From contig JAIROT010000070.1 in NCBI GenBank assembly GCA_031257385.1, positions 1-45,146 on the forward strand: a stretch of DNA of 45,146 nucleotides. The letters run 5' to 3'. The notes beneath the pieces are model-generated. The model saw only the letters and a list, made by a program, of their open reading frames with translations, did not search any database and had not been told where the DNA came from. The DNA comes from Treponema sp. GTDB lineage: Bacteria; Spirochaetota; Spirochaetia; Treponematales; Breznakiellaceae. This document shows, one piece after another, positions 28,453 through 37,242 of the stretch. Numbering within the stretch: the stretch's first letter is position 1; each line of letters starts with the position of its first letter. The position numbers were made by a program, and so were the translations under genes.

Positions 28453-29906
28453 CAGCGCGTATCCTCCGGTTCCACGGCCTCACCGGCAAGCATGCCGCTT
28501 AACTGTTCCAGAGCGCAGCCCCGCGACCCCTTCAGCAGAACCAGGTCCCCGTTTTGGACATAGGCGTCCAGAGCGCGGGACAGTTCCCCCATGTCGCCGG
28601 TATGGAAAAAAGACACTGCACCCTCCCCTTTCTCTAAAGCGGCCCGCATGACCCCGGCGGCGGTTTCCGTCTCTTTTCCGTAGAGGAAAACCCTGTCCGC
28701 GGCGGAAGCGGCAAGAAGCCCGCCGGCGCGCTCGTGGGCGGCACGGGAATTATCCCCCAGTTCCAGCATATCCCCGATAACATAGACCCTTCTGCCGGGC
28801 CAGTCCAGGCCGTCGCAGAATTCAACCGCCTCCCTGAGTGATTCGGGGTTGGCGTTGTAACAGTCCCGAATCAGCATGGTCCTGCCCCGGAGGATTTCCC
28901 CCCGGCCGAACAGGGGCCGCGCCGCTTCCAGCCCCCGCTTAACGGCCCCGCGGCTGACGGGAAGCTCCCCGGCAATAGCAAGGGCCGCAAAGGCGTCGGC
29001 AAGGTTGTGTTTCCCCGGCATGGCAAAACGGATAAGTTCCCCTCCCCAGCGGATCTCCGTACCCTCAAGGCCCAAGTCCCTGATTTCACCCAGCTCCCCA
29101 AAAGATTTTGCTCCGTAAAAACAAACCCTGCCCCGCACCCCGCGGGCAAGAAAATCCCTGAACTCATCGTCTTCGGGAATCAGGGCGATCCCCTTGCCGG
29201 CAAATTGAGAAAAAATATTTTTTTTCTCCTCAGCTATCGCCTGTTTACTGCCGAGAATTCCGATATGGGCGGAACCTATATTGGTAATGAGCGCGATGTT
29301 TGGTTTAAGCACCGCGGCCAGTTCGGCAATTTCCCCCTTCCGGTTCATGCCCAATTCAAAAACCCCCGCTTCGTGGCCGGGGCGGACCTCAAACACCGAA
29401 AGGGGAAGCCCGGTCTCCGAATTGAGGTTTCCCGGATTCATCACCGTGTTTTTTTCTTCCCTGATAATGGCCGCCGTGATTTCCTTGGTAGTGCTTTTCC
29501 CCGACGAGCCGGTAATGCCGATTTTCAAAAGACCGGGGAATTGTTCCAGATACACCCTGGCGGCGTCCTGCAAGCCCCGCAGGGTATTGTCCACCACCAG
29601 GAGCTCTCTTCCCATCGCTTTGGCGATATCGACAAGATTGCAATCTTCAAGTTTTGAGGATTCCACCATGGCGGCGGCGGCCCCGGCCTTAAAAGCCGCT
29701 TCCACAAAGCAATGGCCGTCGCCGGAAGAACCGGCAAGGGCCACAAAGAGCGCCCCCTCCCGCAGGGTCCGTGAATCGACACTCACCGATGAAAAACCGC
29801 TGCCGGAAGAGCCCTTGAGGGCAATGTTACCGCTGAAAGAAAGACGGACGGCGCCAAGAGATCGGGACAATCCGGCAAAATCCATGAGCAATTCGCTAGA
29901 AATCAT
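28452..29906 (-). CDS. murF: UDP-MurNAc-tripeptide--D-Ala-D-Ala ligase
   Basis: VDSR, GITGSSGKSTTKE, DCYNANPES, GDMLELG and LLKGSRG motifs. Confidence 0.95.
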   Translation of the reverse strand: MISSELLMDFAGLSRSLGAVRLSFSGNIALKGSSGSGFSSVSVDSRTLREGALFVALAGSSGDGHCFVEAAFKAGAAAAMVESSKLEDCNLVDIAKAMGRELLVVDNTLRGLQDAARVYLEQFPGLLKIGITGSSGKSTTKEITAAIIREEKNTVMNPGNLNSETGLPLSVFEVRPGHEAGVFELGMNRKGEIAELAAVLKPNIALITNIGSAHIGILGSKQAIAEEKKNIFSQFAGKGIALIPEDDEFRDFLARGVRGRVCFYGAKSFGELGEIRDLGLEGTEIRWGGELIRFAMPGKHNLADAFAALAIAGELPVSRGAVKRGLEAARPLFGRGEILRGRTMLIRDCYNANPESLREAVEFCDGLDWPGRRVYVIGDMLELGDNSRAAHERAGGLLAASAADRVFLYGKETETAAGVMRAALEKGEGAVSFFHTGDMGELSRALDAYVQNGDLVLLKGSRGCALEQLSGMLAGEAVEPEDTR

Positions 29907-30186
29907 GCCGCCCTCCCTCTATTTTTATCTGTAATACGTCTTCCGGTTTTATCTTGTTTAATCCCAATTCATTTTGGGCGATATGTTCTATCCGTTCCGG
30001 GGATGAAAGCAGCGCTATGCCCGCGATAAGCCGCTTATTGCTCTCCACCCAGTCGGCCTGGACTTCCTCAAGACGCCTGATCTCCTGTTTCAGAGCGATA
30101 TAGCGGTTGGACTGCCGGATATTAAAGGCAAGAAACAGCGGTATAGTCAGCGCAGCCAGGTATAAAAGCAGATACCGCTTCATCAC
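29896..30186 (-). CDS. ftsL: Cell division protein FtsL
   Basis: TM helix plus coiled coil ending LSSPERIEHIAQNELG; follows rsmH. Confidence 0.8.
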   Translation of the reverse strand: MMKRYLLLYLAALTIPLFLAFNIRQSNRYIALKQEIRRLEEVQADWVESNKRLIAGIALLSSPERIEHIAQNELGLNKIKPEDVLQIKIEGGRHDF

Positions 30187-31133
30187 TGTCCATCCTCGTC
30201 CAGTACTTTTTCAATTACCCGCAGCCGGGCGCTTCGTGACGGAGGATTCCGGGAGATCTCTTCATCGCCGGGAACAATGCCTTTGCGGGTGAGTATATTT
30301 ACAGACCTTCGTCCCTCACATCTACATATCGGCGCTTCAGGGGGGCAGGTACAGTCCTTGTTTTTCATTCTGAAAAAATTTTTGACTATCCTGTCTTCCA
30401 AAGAGTGAAAACTGATAATCCCAAGTCTTCCCCCCGGCTCAAGGACTCTGAGCGCCCCCTCAAGGAGATCGGGAAGCCTGGAAAGCTCCCCGTTAACGGC
30501 GATACGGAGGGCCTGAAAAGTCCTCGTCGCCGGATGTATAGGCCCGTACCGGTACGAAGCAGGCGCGGCCCGTTCCACTATTGAGGCAAGGGCAGCGGTA
30601 GTGGTAATAGTCCCCTTTTGCCGCTCCTCGACAATCAGTCTGGCAATGCGCCGGGAATAACGCTCCCCGGCATTGTTGTACAACAAGTCGGCCAGCTCTT
30701 TTTCGGGCAGCCTGGCCAGCAGGTCCGCCGCCGAGTTTCCGCTTGAGGTATCCAGCCTCATGTCAAGCGCCTCGTCTTTTTGAAAACTGAAACCCCTGCC
30801 GCTTTTTTCATAGTGGTAGAGGCTTAGCCCCAAATCCGCCAGAATAGTATCCGGCCTTTTCAGCTCCGCGGGATACTCGGCAAAAAAGGACTGTGCCCAG
30901 CCGGAATAAAAGTGTACCCGTCCGCCGAATTCCTCAAGGCGGCGCATGGCAATGGCCTGCAAGTCGCGGTCCGCGTCGATCCCGATTATTTTAAGGTCCT
31001 GAAAACGGGATAAAAACGCGTAGCTGTGCCCGCCCTCACCCATAGTGGCATCCACCATAAGCTCCGCCCCGTTTCTGGGCGCGAGGTACTGTAATGTTTC
31101 TTCCAGCAGCACCGGAGTATGCACAACTTCCAT
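30183..31133 (-). CDS. rsmH: 16S rRNA m4C1402 methyltransferase RsmH (MraW)
   Basis: HTPVLLEE, DATMGEGGH, LDMRL, HPATRTFQALRIAVN and SFHSLEDRIVK motifs. Confidence 0.97.
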   Translation of the reverse strand: MEVVHTPVLLEETLQYLAPRNGAELMVDATMGEGGHSYAFLSRFQDLKIIGIDADRDLQAIAMRRLEEFGGRVHFYSGWAQSFFAEYPAELKRPDTILADLGLSLYHYEKSGRGFSFQKDEALDMRLDTSSGNSAADLLARLPEKELADLLYNNAGERYSRRIARLIVEERQKGTITTTAALASIVERAAPASYRYGPIHPATRTFQALRIAVNGELSRLPDLLEGALRVLEPGGRLGIISFHSLEDRIVKNFFRMKNKDCTCPPEAPICRCEGRRSVNILTRKGIVPGDEEISRNPPSRSARLRVIEKVLDEDGQ

Positions 31134-31598
31134 TTATTTGCCTGAAATCCTGTTTCCTTTCAATAAATCACCCAATTCCTCAGAACCGGATATAAATTCA
31201 TCTTCGTGAGCTTCCAAATAGGCCCGGTAGCGTTCCTCGTCCCAAATTTCAATGTAATCAGACTGGCCCAAAACCACACATTCCTTGTTCAGGCCGGCAA
31301 ATTCCCGCAGTGTCTGAGCCACCGGAATCCTCCCCGCCTTATCGATCTCCACCTCCTGGGAAGGACCGATAAGCCGCCGCCGGATATTGCGGGATTTGGC
31401 TGAAAAAGGATTGGTCGTATCCATGATGGTTTTCAGCATTTCCTTCCATTCATTCGGAGGGTACAGCCACAAACAATCGTCCATGCCCCGGGTCAGGAAC
31501 AAAGTGGTATAGCTTAGGGCGTTCCTCAGACGCACAGGCAGACTCAGGCGTCCCTTGTCGTCCAACGTGATCCTGAATTCCCCTGTCAACGATTCCAT
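31134..31598 (-). CDS. mraZ: Division/cell wall cluster transcriptional repressor MraZ
   Basis: Two DxxGR motifs (DDKGRL, DKAGRI) and IEIWD. Confidence 0.95.
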   Translation of the reverse strand: MESLTGEFRITLDDKGRLSLPVRLRNALSYTTLFLTRGMDDCLWLYPPNEWKEMLKTIMDTTNPFSAKSRNIRRRLIGPSQEVEIDKAGRIPVAQTLREFAGLNKECVVLGQSDYIEIWDEERYRAYLEAHEDEFISGSEELGDLLKGNRISGK

Positions 31599-31679
31599 TC
31601 CACTTTTTCCTAAAAAAACCTATTTATCCCCACTTTATCCCATTAATCTTAATTTTACAAAGAAAATCGCCAAGGTCAA
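31593..31679 (-). promoter_or_regulatory. dcw promoter (TTGACC-N16-TAAAAT) followed by 10-bp-periodic MraZ-box-like repeats
   Basis: Minus strand reads TGGGATAAAG TGGGGATAAA TAGGTTTTTT TAGGAAAAAG TGGAATG. MraZ is known to bind TGGGN/GTGG direct repeats with about 10-bp spacing. Confidence 0.6.
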
Positions 31680-31794
31680 GCGGAAAACAAGAAAAAATTA
31701 TAAATAGTTCAAAATAAAATCCGATTTCTCTATACATTTATGTAGTATTTCAACTCTCTTGCGGATTTTCCGTACTTTGCGTTATGCTTCCTGT

Positions 31795-32034
31795 ATGTTT
31801 ACGAATGAATATTTCGTCATTTTTCCGGAAGGCGACATCAGGGAAATACCCGGCCGGCTGCCGATAAACAGCGTTGTAGACATCAACGGCAGGCCCCTTC
31901 CCCTCCCCCTCCCCACCAACCGCATGATCGCTTACCGGATAAACAAAATACAAACCGACGAAGGCAAAGGCAAAAATGACACTTACCATTTTCTGGAATT
32001 ACTCAGCGCCGAAGAACTGCTGGCTTATATATGA
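31795..32034 (+). CDS. Small hypothetical protein (79 aa)
   Basis: Globular-looking ORF MFTNEYFVIFPEGD... divergent from mraZ; TTGCGG-N18-TATGCT lies 6 nt upstream of the ATG. Confidence 0.7.
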   Translation: MFTNEYFVIFPEGDIREIPGRLPINSVVDINGRPLPLPLPTNRMIAYRINKIQTDEGKGKNDTYHFLELLSAEELLAYI

Positions 32035-32043
32035 AAAGAAACT

Positions 32044-32775
32044 ATGGCTTCAAGTAAAATCGGGACCAGGCGGGAAAGCGGCCTGCACCGGATATTAAAA
32101 TTCCGCTATGCCGGCCCGGAGGGACAAACCGAGGTAGAAGCCGGAGGCTACGTGGCTGACGGGCTGAGCGCCGAAGGGGAATTTATCGAAATCCAAACCA
32201 GCAGCTTTGCCCCGCTGAGGCAAAAAGCCCGGGCACTGGCCCTGCGGGGCGGACTGCGGATCATTTACCCGGTAATTGTCGCCAAATATATCGAAGTACT
32301 GGACAAACGGAAAAAACCCATGTACCGGAGGAAAAGCCCCCGCCGCGGAAGCCCCTGGGACCTGTTTAACGCCCTGCTCTACGCCCCGGAACTGCCCCTG
32401 ATCCCCGGCCTCCGCATAGAGCTTGCCCTGGTGGATGTTACGGAAAAACGTATATGCGACGGCAAAGGCTCCCGGCGCCGAAAGGGGCAAAGTATCCTCG
32501 GCCGTGAACTCTCCGCCTGGCATGAAAGTATCACCCTTCAAAGCCTTAAAGATTATCTCCGTTTTGTTCCCTTCAAAGGGGACGAGGAATTCACCTCTTC
32601 CCTGCTTAGCGAACGGGCGGGAATAGACACTTCCACCGCGCAAAAAACCCTCAATGTGCTTCACAAACTGAAACTCGTCGAAAGAATTGGGAAAAAAGGG
32701 AATTTTTTGGTGTATAGACTTAGGGCTTATCCGGGAATGAGCCGGGATAACCGGAATCACAGCCTTCGGATATGA
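32044..32775 (+). CDS. Hypothetical protein with PD-(D/E)XK nuclease-like N-terminus and C-terminal winged helix
   Basis: ESGLH..LK, E..VAD, IEIQT pattern. C-terminal FTSSLLSERAGID..TAQKTLNVLHKLKLVERIGKKGN resembles wHTH. Confidence 0.6.
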   Translation: MASSKIGTRRESGLHRILKFRYAGPEGQTEVEAGGYVADGLSAEGEFIEIQTSSFAPLRQKARALALRGGLRIIYPVIVAKYIEVLDKRKKPMYRRKSPRRGSPWDLFNALLYAPELPLIPGLRIELALVDVTEKRICDGKGSRRRKGQSILGRELSAWHESITLQSLKDYLRFVPFKGDEEFTSSLLSERAGIDTSTAQKTLNVLHKLKLVERIGKKGNFLVYRLRAYPGMSRDNRNHSLRI

Positions 32776-33524
32776 AAACCGCCGTCTACATCAACATAAT
32801 TACCGGTGGTGTAGAGAAAACTGTCGCCCGCGAAAACGGAAACCGCTTCGGCTACATCTTCCGGCCTGCCCCAGCGGGCGATGGGAAAGATCCCTTCCCT
32901 GATAAGGCGCTCGTATTTTTCGCTCGCACCGGCGGTCATGTCGGTCTGTATAACACCGGGCCGTATTTCGTGGACAAAGATGCCTTCTTTTGCCAGACGA
33001 TCGGCGTAAAGCCTGGTAAGCATGGATATCCCCGCCTTTGACACGCAGTATTCACCCCGGTTTATCGATGAAACTTCAGCGGAACAGGAGCCGATGTTGA
33101 TAATCGTCCCCCGTTTTTTACCCGTAAGAGGCTGGCCGATCATGGCTTTGGCGGCAAGCTGGGTTAAAAACATAAGGGATTTTGTGTTGGTATTCATCAC
33201 ATAATCGTAGCTTTCTTCGCTCATCTCAAGCAGGTCCGCCCTCAGTTTCGGCGCGACGCCGGCGTTATTCACCAACACATGCAGGCCGCCGAATTTATTC
33301 AGCGTTTCATCAATTATCCGTCCGCGATCAGCGGAGGCGGAAATATCGGCGCGGATATAAAGATAATCGCCGCAAACCGCGGCAAGCTCATCAAGGTTTT
33401 TCGCACAGTCAGACTGTTCACGAGTCCCCGCCAGGGCCACATTAAAACCATCTTTCGCAAGGCGCAGGCTTATGGCAAAGCCGATGCCCCGCGAACCGCC
33501 GGTAACAATCGCGGTTTTTTTCAT
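32757..33524 (-). CDS. Short-chain dehydrogenase/reductase (3-ketoacyl-ACP reductase-like)
   Basis: TGGSRGIG, NNAG, YCVSK and PGVIQTDM motifs. Confidence 0.9.
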   Translation of the reverse strand: MKKTAIVTGGSRGIGFAISLRLAKDGFNVALAGTREQSDCAKNLDELAAVCGDYLYIRADISASADRGRIIDETLNKFGGLHVLVNNAGVAPKLRADLLEMSEESYDYVMNTNTKSLMFLTQLAAKAMIGQPLTGKKRGTIINIGSCSAEVSSINRGEYCVSKAGISMLTRLYADRLAKEGIFVHEIRPGVIQTDMTAGASEKYERLIREGIFPIARWGRPEDVAEAVSVFAGDSFLYTTGNYVDVDGGFHIRRL

Positions 33525-34879
33525 GCCGTCTCCCCTTCTTCAGCGCCGTGCCGCGCTTCTTTGTAGATGGGCGCGTACACTTCGCTGTCCCGTATCACGC
33601 AGCCGGTCCTGCCGTGGTCCCGCATGATCTGGGTACACTTTGAACAGGCAATGCAGCATTTTTCTTTTTTCGCCGCCCCTGTTTTGAATACGTCCGCGGG
33701 AAGATCCGGATAGGCGAAGGAAGAGCGCCCCAGCCCCACAAAGGAACAGCGTTTCGCGGCCAGGTTTGCCGCCCCCGCCTGGGGTATGAACTGCCTGAGC
33801 CAGCTGTAACCGTTTCCCACAACGGGAACAGACCCCGCTGTTTTTTGTACCAGTCCGGTAAATCCAAAAAGCCGTTCAATGCTCTCAAGCGGATGCTCTT
33901 CCGGTATGGGAATACCCATACTTGAGCTGTCAAAAGGGCGGGTCACCTGGGGATAGATATAGTAGGGATTTCCCGCGGAGTTGCTCAACAGATCCACACC
34001 CGCCGCGCAGAGATCGAGTACCAGGCGCTCAGGTTCGGCGGGAGCAAATTTCAGAAAATCGGTTTTGTCCTGCCCGAAGCCATACGGATAGGGGTGGGCG
34101 TCAAACACGTTAAAGCGGCAGGCTGTGATAAAATCGTCACCGCAGACCCTGCGTACCTCTTTAATAATATTTAGCAGCAATCGGGTTCTGTTTTCATAGG
34201 AACCGCCGTATTTTCCTTCCCGCGTGTGGCTTGCGAGCAGTTCTGATAACAGATAACGGTGACAGGCCTTTATATCAACGCCGTCAAAGCCCGCTTCCCG
34301 TGCAAGCAGCGCCGAAGCGGCATACACGGGAACGAGGCTTTCAAGGTAGTCGTCGCTTACCGGAATCGTGGCGGCAGTTACGCCGGTACGGGGATCGAGA
34401 ATTGGGTCATGCTGGGGAACAAGGGGCCGGGGCCGGCACCCTTCCGGCCTGGAATAACGGCCCGAATGTGTTAGTTGCAACACATATACCGGCTCATGGC
34501 CGAAACTGTTCCTGCAAAGCGTTTTTGTTTCAGTGACCAGAGCCGTAAACTGCCGTAAGTTTTTTTCGGTGAGCATCATTTGCAGCTCGTTGGCGCGGCC
34601 TTCCCCAATGACTGCGCAGGCCTCCCACCAGACAAGACCGTAAGCCCCGGCGGCCAGACGCTTATAACGCCGCCTGACCAGTTCCGAAGGGCTGCCGTCC
34701 GGACCGGAGTCGCAGCCCTCCATGGGAAGTACCGCGAATGAATTGGGGGCGTTTTTGTGCCGAATCCTGACTTCCTGCCGCAGCGGGGAAAGATCCCCGC
34801 TGAATTCAAGGGTTAAACCCAGGGATTTTGTTTTTTCGCGGATCTCTTCCGGCGAGTTAAAATTGAACCGTTCATGCAC
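33521..34879 (-). CDS. NADH:flavin oxidoreductase (Old Yellow Enzyme family) with Cys cluster
   Basis: PMEGCD, LQLTHSGR, AGFDGVDIKACHRYL, YGGSYENR, VGLGR and CIACSKC..C motifs. Confidence 0.85.
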   Translation of the reverse strand: MHERFNFNSPEEIREKTKSLGLTLEFSGDLSPLRQEVRIRHKNAPNSFAVLPMEGCDSGPDGSPSELVRRRYKRLAAGAYGLVWWEACAVIGEGRANELQMMLTEKNLRQFTALVTETKTLCRNSFGHEPVYVLQLTHSGRYSRPEGCRPRPLVPQHDPILDPRTGVTAATIPVSDDYLESLVPVYAASALLAREAGFDGVDIKACHRYLLSELLASHTREGKYGGSYENRTRLLLNIIKEVRRVCGDDFITACRFNVFDAHPYPYGFGQDKTDFLKFAPAEPERLVLDLCAAGVDLLSNSAGNPYYIYPQVTRPFDSSSMGIPIPEEHPLESIERLFGFTGLVQKTAGSVPVVGNGYSWLRQFIPQAGAANLAAKRCSFVGLGRSSFAYPDLPADVFKTGAAKKEKCCIACSKCTQIMRDHGRTGCVIRDSEVYAPIYKEARHGAEEGETA

Positions 34880-34880
34880 C

Positions 34881-36407
34881 TTATGCCGCCCTTGCGCCCT
34901 TTTTCTTTGCCAGTATCGCCTGTTTTATCCTGGAGCTAATCGGCAGCCGGCTGACAATCACCAGCAGGGTGATGATAAAAAGTATGAGGCATATCGGCCT
35001 TGTAAAAAACGGGGTGAGGCTGCCGTCCGAAAGCACCAGGGCGCGCCGCAAATTTTTGTCCAGAATATCCCCCAGGATGATCCCCAGAACCAGGGGCGCC
35101 ATGGGGTAATCCATCTCCCGGAGCAGAAAACCCAGAATGCCGAACACAATCATAATGCTCACGTCAAAAAGCCGGGCCTGAAGGGAAAAAGACCCCACTA
35201 CACAGAGGGTAAACACAACGGGCATGAGTTTTTGCCGGGGGATGAGCAGCACCTTCACCAGGCTCTTGACCATCAAAAGCCCCAGGATAAACATTGCGCA
35301 GGTGGCCAGCAGGGTCATTGCCGTCACTTCGTAAACAAAGCTGGGGAACTCCACCATGATCAGGGGCCCCGGCCTGACCCCGTGGATCAGCATGGCCCCC
35401 AGCAGCACCGCCGCGGGAGCGGAACCGGGGACCGCCAGGGTAAGGACCGGAATAATGGCCCCGGGGACGCAGGCGTTGTTCCCCGTTTCCGCGGCCAAAA
35501 GCCCCTCAATGCTGCCCTTGCCGAATTTTTCCGCTTCTTCGGGTTTTGCCCCCCGCTTCGCGAGGTCGTAGGACACCCAAGCGGCAATATCCTCCCCCAC
35601 CCCCGGCACCGCGCCGATAAAGGTTCCCAGAATCCCCGACCGGATGATCGTCTTCCGGTATTTGAATATCTCCCGCAAGGGCGGGAACAGGCGGTGGATT
35701 TCCGTTTTCACCACCTCAAATCTGGTATGCCGCATGACGGAAATAATCTCCGCGAACCCAAAGGCCCCCACCATGGCTGGAATCAGGGCGATGCCGCTGG
35801 CCAGGTTGAGGCTGCCGAAGGAATACCGCACATAGGCGTGGATTCCCTCCATACCGATCATGGCAACAAAAAGCCCCAGAAAACCCGCGATCCACCCCTT
35901 CAGGGGATCTTTGGGGGCGGTCAGGTTGCCGCAGATCACGATCCCGAAAATGGCGAACCAGAAAAATTCAAAAGACTGGAATTTCAGGGCGATAGTTCCG
36001 ATAAGGGGGGTAAAGAGGGCCATGGTAAGCATCCCGATCATGGAGCCTAAAAACGATCCGGTGGTGGCGATACTGATGGCCTTCCCCGCGAGCCCCGCCT
36101 TGGCCAGGGGAAACCCGTCCACCGTGGTGGCCGCGTTGGCGGGAGTTCCCGGAATATTAAGGAGAATAGCGCTCCGGCTCCCCCCGTAGATCGAACCGAT
36201 ATACATACAGATAAGGATCAGAATCGCGTCATTGGCCTCCATGCTGAAGGTAAGGGTAGTCAGGAGGGCCACCCCCATAGTCGCCGTAAGCCCCGGCAGC
36301 ATCCCGATGATAATCCCCAACTGGGTGGCCCAGAGGGCGTTAAAGATAGTACGAAAATTCAAAAACCCCAGCACCGCCCTGCCGAACATTTCCACACCTT
36401 GAAACAT
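34881..36407 (-). CDS. tctA: Tripartite tricarboxylate transporter large permease TctA
   Basis: GMLPGL, YGGSRSAILLNIPGTP, AAETGNNA and LAVPGS motifs. Confidence 0.93.
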   Translation of the reverse strand: MFQGVEMFGRAVLGFLNFRTIFNALWATQLGIIIGMLPGLTATMGVALLTTLTFSMEANDAILILICMYIGSIYGGSRSAILLNIPGTPANAATTVDGFPLAKAGLAGKAISIATTGSFLGSMIGMLTMALFTPLIGTIALKFQSFEFFWFAIFGIVICGNLTAPKDPLKGWIAGFLGLFVAMIGMEGIHAYVRYSFGSLNLASGIALIPAMVGAFGFAEIISVMRHTRFEVVKTEIHRLFPPLREIFKYRKTIIRSGILGTFIGAVPGVGEDIAAWVSYDLAKRGAKPEEAEKFGKGSIEGLLAAETGNNACVPGAIIPVLTLAVPGSAPAAVLLGAMLIHGVRPGPLIMVEFPSFVYEVTAMTLLATCAMFILGLLMVKSLVKVLLIPRQKLMPVVFTLCVVGSFSLQARLFDVSIMIVFGILGFLLREMDYPMAPLVLGIILGDILDKNLRRALVLSDGSLTPFFTRPICLILFIITLLVIVSRLPISSRIKQAILAKKKGARAA

Positions 36408-36416
36408 AGGCCCTCC

Positions 36417-36920
36417 TTAAGGCAGCCGCACCAGGAAAAGCCGCTCAAAGGTAAGCGTCACCAGGGCGGAGACGATAAGCGCCAGCAGCGCCGCAATCGC
36501 GATCTTTTTTATCCGGCCCCTCCACGGGGTCCCCCGTTCATATTCAAAACAGACCACAAAGCTAAAGACGAACAAAAAAGTAAGCGCCGGAAAATAAATT
36601 TTCCCCAAAAGAACCGCGTAAAAAACACACACCGCCAGGGTCAAAAAAATCCGCCGGGTGGCCGGGTCCTGCACAAACGCTTTAACCGACCTTCCCCGGA
36701 TCCCCACCTTTCCTTTGGAACGGTACAGGGAACGGACAAACATGATAAAACTCAAAGCGAAAATCACAGATCCCAGCAGCGCCGGTAAAAGCCCCGGCGC
36801 GGAATAAACATCCCCCTGAATCACCGGCATCTTCAGGGCCAGGGCCAGGGCGGCGATACCGAAGGCCATCAATATGAGGGAGGTATAAAAATCCGCCCGA
36901 AGCATGTTTTTTCCTGTCAT
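36417..36920 (-). CDS. tctB: Tripartite tricarboxylate transporter small subunit TctB
   Basis: Four to five TM helices, APGLLP, C-terminal FERLFLVRLP. Confidence 0.88.
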   Translation of the reverse strand: MTGKNMLRADFYTSLILMAFGIAALALALKMPVIQGDVYSAPGLLPALLGSVIFALSFIMFVRSLYRSKGKVGIRGRSVKAFVQDPATRRIFLTLAVCVFYAVLLGKIYFPALTFLFVFSFVVCFEYERGTPWRGRIKKIAIAALLALIVSALVTLTFERLFLVRLP

Positions 36921-36944
36921 CGTGTACCTCAGAATTTTTTATGA

Positions 36945-37094
36945 GGGGGAAGGCCTTCCCCCCCGGCCCAGCCCGCCTCCGGCGGTCTTGGCCCCCCCCT
37001 TCTCCTGGGGGCTCCGCCCCCAAACCCCGGCGCGCGCCCGGCGCCCAACAAACGCCGCCGCGCTCCCAAAAAGCGAGCCCGGCTTTAGCCGGGC
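36945..37094. repeat. GC-rich REP-like palindrome cluster
   Basis: GGGGGAAGGCCTTCCCCC perfect palindrome (36945-36962), GGGGGCTCCGCCCCCAAACCCC (37007-37028), GCCCGGCTTTAGCCGGGC (37077-37094). Confidence 0.6.
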
Positions 37095-37106
37095 GGACGC
37101 CCCGCT

Positions 37107-37149
37107 TAGGGCAACGCTGATTAACTTGACGCTAATCAGCGTTGCCCTA
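37107..37149. repeat. 17-bp perfect inverted repeat, probable IS5-like TIR-only element
   Basis: TAGGGCAACGCTGATTA-N9-TAATCAGCGTTGCCCTA. Confidence 0.65.
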
Positions 37150-37192
37150 TTATTTTTCTCGTTTTCCTGCGAAAAACTGCAAAAAAACCACA

Positions 37193-37242
37193 TTAAAGTA
37201 GCACTGATTTATTCTCGATTGAATAAATCAGTGCTTCCTTAG
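37193..37242. repeat. Inverted repeat with YTAR flanks, probable IS5-like TIR-only element overlapping the tctC stop
   Basis: TTAA-AGTAGCACTGATTTATTC-N6-GAATAAATCAGTGCTTCC-TTAG. Confidence 0.65.

Noticed and set aside
22865-31598. dcw cluster lacking ftsI, murE, murD, murG, murC and ddl as a novel reduction
   Set aside because: This abbreviated arrangement and its linkage to flagellar genes is the known spirochete layout.
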